Source: Polyangiales bacterium (lineage in GTDB: Bacteria; Myxococcota_A; Polyangia; Polyangiales; Polyangiaceae). From it: 64,000 bases of DNA. The notes under the pieces are model-generated. The model was given only the letters and a program-made list of their open reading frames with translations, searched no databases and had not been told where the DNA came from. The stretch spans positions 256,001 through 320,000 of the forward strand of contig JBBRLQ010000001.1 of assembly GCA_038231275.1 (NCBI GenBank), written 5' to 3'. How positions within the stretch are numbered: the stretch's first letter is position 1; every line of letters starts with the position of its first letter. The position numbers and the translations under genes are program-made. Below are positions 39,535-47,462 of the stretch, piece after piece.

Positions 39535-39993
39535 TCAACGCGGCGCCTGCACGAACGTCGCCTGGAACGCGACCCGCTTCCAGCCGTCGTCGGCGAGGCG
39601 CCACACCTGCGTGAACCGGATGGTGGAGGTCCCGAGGCTGCCGCCGGTGATGTCGTTCGCCCCGAGCACGATGCCAAAGGTCCCGTGCTCGGAGATTTCG
39701 ACGTCGCGGAAGGTCACGTTGCTGCCTTGCTGCTGCGACTGCGCGTAGGCGAGCCACTCGGCGCGGCGAAGCACGCGTCCGCCGACGTCGGTGTGGACGT
39801 ACTCGGGAGCGAGCAGCGCATCGAGCGTCTTCATGTCGTGCGCGGCCCACGCTTCGCCGAACGCGCGAACGCTGTCACGGAGCGAAGCGGTCGCAGTGGT
39901 GCTCCTCGCGGGCGGCGCGGCCGGCGGGGACGGCGGGGTTTGGCAGGCGGCGAGGAGCGAGGTAGCAAGCAAGAGTGCGAGCGCGCGAGTCAT
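39535..39993 (-). CDS. NTF2-like (DUF4440) lipoprotein
   Basis: Lipobox LAAC; D...LDALLAPEYV...G...RAEWL; RFTQVW...GWK. Confidence 0.8.
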   Translation of the reverse strand: MTRALALLLATSLLAACQTPPSPPAAPPARSTTATASLRDSVRAFGEAWAAHDMKTLDALLAPEYVHTDVGGRVLRRAEWLAYAQSQQQGSNVTFRDVEISEHGTFGIVLGANDITGGSLGTSTIRFTQVWRLADDGWKRVAFQATFVQAPR

Positions 39994-40025
39994 TGCGAGG
40001 CGAGGCTACGCTACTCCGCGCAAGG

Positions 40026-41819
40026 TCAGATGTTCGTGATGACCTGATCGGCCGGCACCAGGATCATCGCCTTCTGCGCCGGCACGGTCACGTTGAGGAC
40101 GCCGTTCGCATCGGTCGAATACTTCGGCGTCGTCGGATCGAGGATATCGACCAGCTGCGCGCCCTTGCGAGAGGAGGTCAGCGACTTGGTGCCGTCGGTT
40201 GTCGCGCTCGGCTTCTTGCCATTGGTGTTTAAGACGACGAGCGCGTACGCAGCACCTGCGTCGCCGCCGGTGCGCTCGTACGCGAACATCCCCGCGTCGC
40301 CTTCTTGCCCGACGTGCGGCGTCGAGTACACGACGTTCAAGTCCCCGCGCGTGAGCGCCTTGTACGCGCGACGGATGCGCGACAGCTTTCGGAAATGCTG
40401 GAACGTGTCCGGCGTGCGAGAAAATCCGGTGTGCCAGAGCACCTCGCGGTTCGCCGGATCGTTGCCACCCGCGAACTCCTGCTCGGTCCCGTAGTAGAGG
40501 CACGGAATCCCGTCCTCGGTCATGAGCAGCGTGAGCGCGTTCTTGAGCGCGTCCTTGTCGCCCGCCGCGTCGAAGAGGAAGCGGCTCACGTCGTGGTTGT
40601 CGAGGAAGTTCACGAGCGCCTTGGCGGGCGCGACGCCGATGCCGCCGGGCTGCGGCGCGGTGGCGTAGTTCGTCGTCCGCTGCGCCCAGAGGGCCGCGAT
40701 CTGATCGGTTCCCTTCTGCTGCGCCGGGTCGTGCGCCATCTGGAACACGTCGTGGAACACCTGAAAATGCTGCGAGAAGTAGAACACGCTGTCGAGCATG
40801 CCGGGCTGCGTGTAGCGACCGAGCAGATCGTCGTGGCCATCGAAGGCCTCGCCGAACATGAGGAAGTTGCTCTTGCCCTGCGGCGCCAGGCGCTGCCGCA
40901 CCTTGCCCGCAAACTCCTTCCAGAAGTCCTCCTCGACGTGCTTCACCGTGTCGATGCGGAAGCCGTCGAAGTCGGCGAGCTCCACCCACTTCGTGTACCC
41001 GTCGATGAGCGCGGCGCGGACCTCGGGCAACTCGGTCGCGACGTCCTTCAATCCGCCCGGGAAGTCGCCGAGCATGCGCTGCTCGGGGATGTCATAGTTC
41101 AAGATACGTCCGAAGCCGTGGTACGCGCTCGCGGTGCCGAGGATGCCGGGCGGCGGCTCGCGGTTGATCGCCGCGTCGTGGATGAAGATGATCGGCGCGC
41201 GCCCGTCGTTGCCGAGCGACGTCGACGCTTGCACACCGCGCGGATCGTAGTCGGGATCGAACTCGCTGATGCGCGTGACGGGCGACGTGCCGCCGGTGCC
41301 GGCGATGTAGATGTCGGCGTGCCCGTTCAGGTTCATGTCGTAATAGAAGACTTGCCCCATGTGGTTGGTCACGATGTCGAGCACCACCTTGAGGCCCTTG
41401 TCGTGGGCGCTCGCGATCATCGAGCGGAGCGCGGCGAGGTCGCCGAAGTGCGGGTTGGTCTGCCCGAGATCTTGCGCCCAGTAGCCGTGGTAGCCGTCGA
41501 CGTCGGCGTCGGTCTCGACGTTCTTCACGACGGGGGAGATCCAGAGGGTCGTGACGCCGAGGTCGGTGAAGTAGTCGAGGTGGTCCTCGATGCCCTTCCA
41601 GTCGCCGCCTTGGTAGCGCGCGAGGGCGCCGGCTTCGACGCGGGCGTTGTTGTTGACGTCGCCGTCGGCGAAGCGGTCGATGAGGACCTGGTAGATGACC
41701 TCGTCGCGCCAGTCCTGGACGTGGGTGGCGAGGATCGGCTGCTTGGCGTTGTCAGGAACACTGACGCAGGCGGCCCCGGGCAGGAGGCAGGCCGCGGCGA
41801 CCAAAGTGGTCCTACCCAT
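40026..41819 (-). CDS. alpha-amylase family (GH13) lipoprotein
   Basis: DWRDEVIYQVLIDRFADGD, GGDWKGI, YHGYW, DIVTNH, DGFRIDTVKH, GEAF, FLDNHD, GIPCLYYGTEQ. Start ATG 41819 (alternative 41870). Confidence 0.93.
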   Translation of the reverse strand: MGRTTLVAAACLLPGAACVSVPDNAKQPILATHVQDWRDEVIYQVLIDRFADGDVNNNARVEAGALARYQGGDWKGIEDHLDYFTDLGVTTLWISPVVKNVETDADVDGYHGYWAQDLGQTNPHFGDLAALRSMIASAHDKGLKVVLDIVTNHMGQVFYYDMNLNGHADIYIAGTGGTSPVTRISEFDPDYDPRGVQASTSLGNDGRAPIIFIHDAAINREPPPGILGTASAYHGFGRILNYDIPEQRMLGDFPGGLKDVATELPEVRAALIDGYTKWVELADFDGFRIDTVKHVEEDFWKEFAGKVRQRLAPQGKSNFLMFGEAFDGHDDLLGRYTQPGMLDSVFYFSQHFQVFHDVFQMAHDPAQQKGTDQIAALWAQRTTNYATAPQPGGIGVAPAKALVNFLDNHDVSRFLFDAAGDKDALKNALTLLMTEDGIPCLYYGTEQEFAGGNDPANREVLWHTGFSRTPDTFQHFRKLSRIRRAYKALTRGDLNVVYSTPHVGQEGDAGMFAYERTGGDAGAAYALVVLNTNGKKPSATTDGTKSLTSSRKGAQLVDILDPTTPKYSTDANGVLNVTVPAQKAMILVPADQVITNI

Positions 41820-41859
41820 TTGTAATACCAATTTGTCGGACCAATTTGTCAGACCAATT
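41804..41859. promoter_or_regulatory. array of four overlapping 13-bp-period boxes resembling FadR-subfamily GntR operators
   Basis: Units ggtcctacccatt, tgtaataccaatt, tgtcggaccaatt, tgtcagaccaatt; on the minus strand AATTGGT-N3-ACAAATT, close to the PdhR/LldR consensus AATTGGT-N3-ACCAATT. Confidence 0.65.
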
Positions 41860-41884
41860 CGCTGGGCCATTCGCTTCGCGCCTC

Positions 41885-43333
41885 TCACGGGTACGAGCTC
41901 GAGTTGAACCACCACTCGACTCCGATCCCAGCAAAATGCTCCACGCTCCGCTGCGCGAACACGTCCTCGCTCGCGTAGAGCGCTTTGGTCCCCGAGTTCC
42001 GCGCGCTCATCGCGTAGATGAGACGAAACTGCGGGCGCTTGTACGAACCGCGCCCCGCCGGCGAAAAATACGGGAGCACGCCGAGCTTCCACACCGATGC
42101 GTTCAGCGGCGAGTTCGTGTTCGGATCCACGATCGCCAAACGCCGCGCCTGGAAGCTCCCATCGACGGCGAGCCCCCAGTGATCGCCGAAGTACACCTGC
42201 GGCCGCACGTCGATCGTCCCCTCGTCGAACTTCTGCGTCGACGTGGGCGACGGATCGCCGTCGCGGAAGAAACGTAGGTAGCCGCCAACGAGGAGCCCAA
42301 ACGGCCCCGTCTCCCAGTTGCCACCCAGCGCGAGCAGCGTCTCGCTCGAGCCGCTCGTCGTCTTGTCGTTCGCGAACGTCGACGGCGACGCGAGGGGATC
42401 GTACGCCGCGATCCCGCGCGCGTGCCGGAGAAACATCTGCACGAACGTGTCGCGCTCTCCCGTCCAGTACGCCAGCTCGGTGCCGACCATGAAGCCTTGA
42501 TCGCTGGGCAGCGGCTTGTCGTCGTTCGTCACCGTGTCGCGCGCGACGCCGGCGGCGAGCTCGTGCGCCTCGCCGTACGCGATCACCTTGAAGCCGGCCT
42601 TGCTGTCCGGCTGCTTGACGAGGTGCGTGACCTTCAGCGTCTCGACGACGCGCGGCCGATCGAGCTTGGTGACGTTCACCGTCCCGATGCCGAACGGCGC
42701 GACGGCCTGGATTTGCTGGAATTGGTACGGGTTGTCGAGGCGCTGCATCCCCACGTGCGCTTGGATCGTGGTCGCGTCGTTGGGGAGCTTGTACCCGACG
42801 CCGCCGCCGACCGTGTTCTGGTTGTCGAGCGGCCACCAGTCGAGAAGATAGATGTCGTCGCCGCGGTACATGCGCGCACCGACCCACATCGTCAGCGCGC
42901 CGTACTGGGCCTGCGCGTAGAGGTTGCGGATCGCGAGCTGCTGGTTCGCCGTGCCGCTGAAGTGGAAGAACGGCGGGAAGAGCGCGGCGGTCGCGACGAT
43001 CTTGGTCTTGATCGCGTCGGCGAACGTGTCCTCGCGGCGGAGCTCGAGCTCGGCGTAGCTCTCCTCGTCGACGCGCGAGCCGTGGGAGACGACGTTGGAC
43101 TGACGGCCTGTTCCACCGCGAAAATCACTGGCGATCCGCACGCGCCCGTACGAGCCGAACTCGAAGTGGCCGGACTCCGGAGTCGGAGTCGCAGTCGGAG
43201 TCGGAGTCGGAGTCGGAGTCGGGGTCGGAGTCGGAGTCGGGGGGGGTCCCTCGGCTCCGCCTCGGGATGACGGATCTTGCGCGTACGCGACGGTCGGCGC
43301 GAGGAGGAGCGCGAGGCAGAGGAGGCGTTTCAT
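41885..43333 (-). CDS. carbohydrate porin, LamB/maltoporin-like
   Basis: Signal peptide, FEFGSYGR, YAELEL, WVGARMYRGDDIYLLDWW, C-terminal RPQFRLIYA...GIGVEWWF; lies between two GH13 genes. Confidence 0.8.
   Translation of the reverse strand: MKRLLCLALLLAPTVAYAQDPSSRGGAEGPPPTPTPTPTPTPTPTPTATPTPESGHFEFGSYGRVRIASDFRGGTGRQSNVVSHGSRVDEESYAELELRREDTFADAIKTKIVATAALFPPFFHFSGTANQQLAIRNLYAQAQYGALTMWVGARMYRGDDIYLLDWWPLDNQNTVGGGVGYKLPNDATTIQAHVGMQRLDNPYQFQQIQAVAPFGIGTVNVTKLDRPRVVETLKVTHLVKQPDSKAGFKVIAYGEAHELAAGVARDTVTNDDKPLPSDQGFMVGTELAYWTGERDTFVQMFLRHARGIAAYDPLASPSTFANDKTTSGSSETLLALGGNWETGPFGLLVGGYLRFFRDGDPSPTSTQKFDEGTIDVRPQVYFGDHWGLAVDGSFQARRLAIVDPNTNSPLNASVWKLGVLPYFSPAGRGSYKRPQFRLIYAMSARNSGTKALYASEDVFAQRSVEHFAGIGVEWWFNSSSYP
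43177..43246 (-). repeat. hexamer SSR encoding a (PT)n linker plus a G8 run
   Basis: (ggagtc)n tract and G8 at 43239-43246 near the 5' end of the porin gene. Confidence 0.8.
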
Positions 43334-43343
43334 GAAGGTGCGA

Positions 43344-45674
43344 TCAGGGCGCCAGGATGGCGGCGGCGCGGGCTCCGAGCGTGAGGTTCACTGCGCCGGC
43401 CGTCACGGGGACGTCGAGCCCGCCGAGGCGATCGTGGAGGGTGCCGTCGTTGAGGAGCCCGGCGGGGAGCGTGGCCGACACGGTGCGCGACGTCGTCGAC
43501 TTGTTGATCGCGACGAGCGCCGCGCCCGTCGCGTCTTTCCGCGCGAAGACGAGGACGTCCTGATCGGTGTTCACGACCGATACGTACGTGCCGCGGCGCA
43601 GCGGCGAGAGCTCTTTGCGCGCGACGCCGAGCTTTCGCGTGAAGGCGAGCGTCGCTTGCTCGTCGGCGTTCAGGGTCTGATCGCCGCGCCACATGACGCG
43701 GTTGTTCGGATCGGCGCCGCCCCACTCGCCGTACTCGTCGCCGTAGTAGACCATCGGCGCGCCAGGGCCACCGAGGAGCCACGCCAACGCGACGCGCTCA
43801 CGCTGGTACGCGTCGCTGTTCGTCGGCGCCGGCGCGGGGTTCGTCCACTGATTGCCCGCGCTGCCCGGTTGGCTCGAGAGGGTGACGAAGCGCGGCGTGT
43901 CGTGGCTGCCGATGTACGGCGTCATCATCGCGCCCGCGGGATACTGGCTCAGCGCGTACTTCGTCCAGAAGTCGACGTGCGGCATGTTGTGCCCCGCGGA
44001 GTCGCTGACGAACGCGGTGACGGGAACCGCGTAGTAGGTGACGAAGTCGGCCTGGCCGTCGAGGCCGTTCGGGCCGATGTACCGGCTAATCGTGCCGTAG
44101 TCGCTCGCGCTGTTCGCGGGGTTGTCGCCCTCCCAGCCCATCGCCGTCTCGCCGGTCAAGAAGAGGCGCGTGCCGGCCTGCTCGAACTCGCCCCTCAAGC
44201 GCGCGCTCATGTTGATCGTGCAGATGTCCTCGACGTGCTTCACCGCGTCGATGCGCAGGCCGTCGAGATCGAACGTGTCGACCCACCAGACCGCGTCCTC
44301 GCTCCACGTGTCGACGACCTCGGCGTTCGTCCAGTTCACGTCGGGCATGTAGCCGGCGAACATGCAGTCGAGGCGGTGCGTCGTCCAATCGCAGTTGTTC
44401 GTGCCGCAGATGCAGCCGGTGCGGAACCACTGGGGGTGTTGTGTGAAGTAGTCGTGGTCCTGGTGGACGTGGTTCACGACGAAGTCTTGAAGCACGCGGA
44501 TGCCATGCGCGTGCGCCGCGCCGACGAGGGCCTTCAGCGCGTCGTTGCCGCCGAGGCGCGGCTCGACCTCGCGCGCCTTCACCGGCCAGTAGCCGTGGTA
44601 GCCCATCGTGAGGTGCACGCCGTCGGCGGCCATCCACGCGCCCTTGGGGTTCGTGTGGTACGGCGAGAGCCACAGCGCCCGGACGCCGAGCTGATCGAAC
44701 GTGCCGTTGTCGATCGCCTGCTTCACGCCCGCGAGATCGCCGCCCTTGAAGTCGGCGCGCGGGTCGACGTTCGCCGTAGGGGCCGCGTCGTTCGAGGGGT
44801 CCCCGTTCTTGAAGCGGTCGACCATCGCCATGTAGATGAGCGCGTCGCTCCACGAGTACGTCTCGCCTTCGACCCAGAAGACCAGGCGCAGCGTCCTTGC
44901 TTTGCGACCGGCCTTGTCGGTGGCGTCGACGAAGACCGTATATTTTCCGTCGCCGAGGCTCGGCGCGGTGATCGCGATCGTGTTTCCGTCGACCGCGAGG
45001 GTTGCGGTCGCGGCGGTGACGCTGCCGTCTTTGCGGAGCGTTGCCTTGAGGGACGCGGGATCGATGCCGGGAGGCGGCGCGCCGACGCCGTCCGCGTACG
45101 CGACGGTGGCCGTGAAGCGACCTTGTCCGGCGGAAGGGCGCTCGGTTTTGTGATCTTTGGTGGTGAGCGTCGGGAGGTGGCAATCGGCAACGCGCACCGC
45201 GCTGTTCTCGACGCCGCCGACGTACTTGCGCAGGCGGCCGCCGGGATCGAGCCCGAACGCTCCGTCCAAGACGACCTTGTAGCCGACGAGACCGGGCGAG
45301 AGCGGCACCGTCACGGCGTAGCCGCCGCTCCCGTCGGGCGTCATCGCGGCGCCGGCAGGGTCCCAGTTGTTCCACTCGCCCGAGACGGCGACCTTGCCGT
45401 ACGTCTTGCCGGCAACCGGGACGAACTTGAAGGTCGTGGGGCACGCGCCGCCCACGTCTCCGTCGAAACCGGCCGCGTCGAACCGCGGTCCGCTGTCGTC
45501 GCCCGGCGCGCCGCCGTCGGGGCCTGGGAGAACGCCGGTGCCGGTCGCGTCGCCGCCGCCATCCAGGGACGCTGCGCCGCCGCCTTCCGACGAGCCGCAT
45601 GCTGCGATTGTGACGGCGGCTGCGATGGCCAGCGCGAGCCCCACTCCTCGAAGAACGACGCGCGGTTGGAGCAT
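43344..45674 (-). CDS. alpha-amylase family (GH13) lipoprotein with CBM48-like N-terminal domain
   Basis: Lipobox IAAC; VAVSGEWNNW...YKVVLDG (CBM48-like); VDRFKNGD, GYHGYW, DFVVNH, DGLRIDAVKH, GET, GSHD, PMVYYGDE. Confidence 0.93.
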   Translation of the reverse strand: MLQPRVVLRGVGLALAIAAAVTIAACGSSEGGGAASLDGGGDATGTGVLPGPDGGAPGDDSGPRFDAAGFDGDVGGACPTTFKFVPVAGKTYGKVAVSGEWNNWDPAGAAMTPDGSGGYAVTVPLSPGLVGYKVVLDGAFGLDPGGRLRKYVGGVENSAVRVADCHLPTLTTKDHKTERPSAGQGRFTATVAYADGVGAPPPGIDPASLKATLRKDGSVTAATATLAVDGNTIAITAPSLGDGKYTVFVDATDKAGRKARTLRLVFWVEGETYSWSDALIYMAMVDRFKNGDPSNDAAPTANVDPRADFKGGDLAGVKQAIDNGTFDQLGVRALWLSPYHTNPKGAWMAADGVHLTMGYHGYWPVKAREVEPRLGGNDALKALVGAAHAHGIRVLQDFVVNHVHQDHDYFTQHPQWFRTGCICGTNNCDWTTHRLDCMFAGYMPDVNWTNAEVVDTWSEDAVWWVDTFDLDGLRIDAVKHVEDICTINMSARLRGEFEQAGTRLFLTGETAMGWEGDNPANSASDYGTISRYIGPNGLDGQADFVTYYAVPVTAFVSDSAGHNMPHVDFWTKYALSQYPAGAMMTPYIGSHDTPRFVTLSSQPGSAGNQWTNPAPAPTNSDAYQRERVALAWLLGGPGAPMVYYGDEYGEWGGADPNNRVMWRGDQTLNADEQATLAFTRKLGVARKELSPLRRGTYVSVVNTDQDVLVFARKDATGAALVAINKSTTSRTVSATLPAGLLNDGTLHDRLGGLDVPVTAGAVNLTLGARAAAILAP

Positions 45675-45739
45675 TGCGGGGGGCCTCGCCTACTAGAGGA
45701 GAAGGCTCTAGCACGGGCCCCGCGGGGCGCCACGAGAAA

Positions 45740-45759
45740 GTAACTCAGCGATGCGTTAC
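45740..45759. promoter_or_regulatory. 20-bp palindromic operator, copy 2 (GTAACTCA-GCGA-TGCGTTAC)
   Basis: 65 bp upstream of the GH13-porin-GH13 cluster; same consensus as 3531 and 62289. Confidence 0.65.
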
Positions 45760-45814
45760 GCTCTCACGGACCGCGACCGTGGACGCTCCCGGTGAGAGCG
45801 GATACCACGGCGCG

Positions 45815-47368
45815 ATGATCCGAAAAGGCGCGTGGGGTCTGTGGCTTGGGCTCGTGGCGGCGGGGCTCGCCGCGGCGTGCGGAGGGGACGCGGCGCCGGG
45901 GACGAAGAGCGCGGTCGACGTGCAGTCGTCCAAGATGGGCGAGACGTTCGCCGGGCAGAACCGCTGCAACCCGAAGAACCACGAGCGCCCCTTCATCATC
46001 GAGTGGGACGCGACGGACATGTCGAGCTTCGAGTCGCGCGCCGCGAACGACGTCGTCTTCGTGCGCTACCAAGGCTGCGACCTCATCGTGATCGACTCGT
46101 GCGCGGACGAGTCGGTACGCGGGACCTACGGCTCCTACAAGCCGGTCGAGTGGACGAGCGGCTCGGTCGAGTCGCTCGACATCGGCAACGAGGCCGAGCT
46201 CTACACGAAGCTGCCGCTCGGCGCGGGCTCGCTCGGTGGACGCGTGCACGGCGGCGAGAAGTTCCACATGGAGTACTTCGTCAGCGGCACGCGCACGGCA
46301 ACGCGCGACGCCGTCCACCGCGCGGATCTCGCGAAGCGTCCCGGCTGCAAGAACGCGACGCACTACGTGTACGCGTACAACCTCGGCGCCTTCGCGCTTG
46401 GTGCGCAGTCGAACCTCAACGCGCAGGCCGGCGCCACCGTGTGGGGCGTGGGAGCCGGTGGCGCGCGCTCCTCGTCGTCGAAGGCCGACAAGCGCGGCGG
46501 CGACATCGGGACGTGCCGCGGCGAGTCCGCGAAAGAGATGCAGACGTGCAAAGTCCCGATTCGCCTCACGCTGCGCGAAATCGCCGGCGACGAGAGCGCC
46601 GACGCCAAGGACGCGCGCGCGCCGGAGACCGCGGAGGCCAAGAACCTCGCCGGGCGCCTCCAAGCCACCACCGATCGCGAGAAGCAGGCCGAAGAGCACG
46701 CCCGCGCGGCGGAGACCAGGATCGGCGCGCGCGACGGCAAGAGCTGCGTCGCCGAGCTGGACGAGCACGACAAGCTCGATCCGCGGCCGAGCGGTCTGTC
46801 GACGAGCACCGGTTCGTACCTCGCTGCGAACCGCGCGCGCTGCTTGATGCTCGCGGGGCAGTGCCCGGCCGGCAAGGATCTGTTCCGCAAGGCCCTCGAG
46901 AAGAGCGCCGCCGCCGGCACGACCGGGCCCGCCGAGCTCGATCGCAAGACCGACGAGGCCGCGACGCTCTATTGCCAGGGCGGCACGATGAGCCCGCGCG
47001 ATCAGTACTTGAAGGCCGGAGCCGATCTCGAGGTCGCCGCATACAAGGAGAGGAAGGACGTCGCCTACTGCAAGGCCGCCTACGAGACCGCCAAGCGCCT
47101 CGTCTCGACCGTGAAGCCAAAGGACGATGACGATCCGGTGAAATTCGTCTTCGCGAACGTGCGCACCAACGCGCCGAAGTGCTTCGCGCGCGCCGGCGAC
47201 TGCGCCCAGGCGCTCGCCGTCTACAAAGAGGCGTGGGTGCTGGATCCGCTGATGTCGGAGGCCTCGAAGAAGCTGAACGAGCAGGGCCTGAAGGTCGGCT
47301 TCGACGGCGTCGTCGGCGGCAACGGCGTGTGCCCCAAGACCGCGAAGAAAGAAGCCTGGGAGAAGTAA
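45815..47368 (+). CDS. hypothetical lipoprotein: beta-rich N-domain and helical Cys-containing TPR-like C-domain
   Basis: Lipobox LAAAC; PFIIEW...VRYQGC...ATHYVYAYNLGAF; helical repeats with paired Cys. Confidence 0.75.
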   Translation: MIRKGAWGLWLGLVAAGLAAACGGDAAPGTKSAVDVQSSKMGETFAGQNRCNPKNHERPFIIEWDATDMSSFESRAANDVVFVRYQGCDLIVIDSCADESVRGTYGSYKPVEWTSGSVESLDIGNEAELYTKLPLGAGSLGGRVHGGEKFHMEYFVSGTRTATRDAVHRADLAKRPGCKNATHYVYAYNLGAFALGAQSNLNAQAGATVWGVGAGGARSSSSKADKRGGDIGTCRGESAKEMQTCKVPIRLTLREIAGDESADAKDARAPETAEAKNLAGRLQATTDREKQAEEHARAAETRIGARDGKSCVAELDEHDKLDPRPSGLSTSTGSYLAANRARCLMLAGQCPAGKDLFRKALEKSAAAGTTGPAELDRKTDEAATLYCQGGTMSPRDQYLKAGADLEVAAYKERKDVAYCKAAYETAKRLVSTVKPKDDDDPVKFVFANVRTNAPKCFARAGDCAQALAVYKEAWVLDPLMSEASKKLNEQGLKVGFDGVVGGNGVCPKTAKKEAWEK

Positions 47369-47462
47369 TCGAGAAGTAGCGGCCTGAGGGCGCCCTCGCC
47401 GCGAACGAGAAAGCGCGCAACTTCCGCGCGCCGGTGTCGACAGGGGATCGAGGAGACCCCCC

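Noticed and set aside
47417-47442. ECF-type promoter (GCAACTT...GTCGAC) upstream of the toxin gene
   Set aside because: Spacing is shorter than usual and the motif is too degenerate to support without TSS data.
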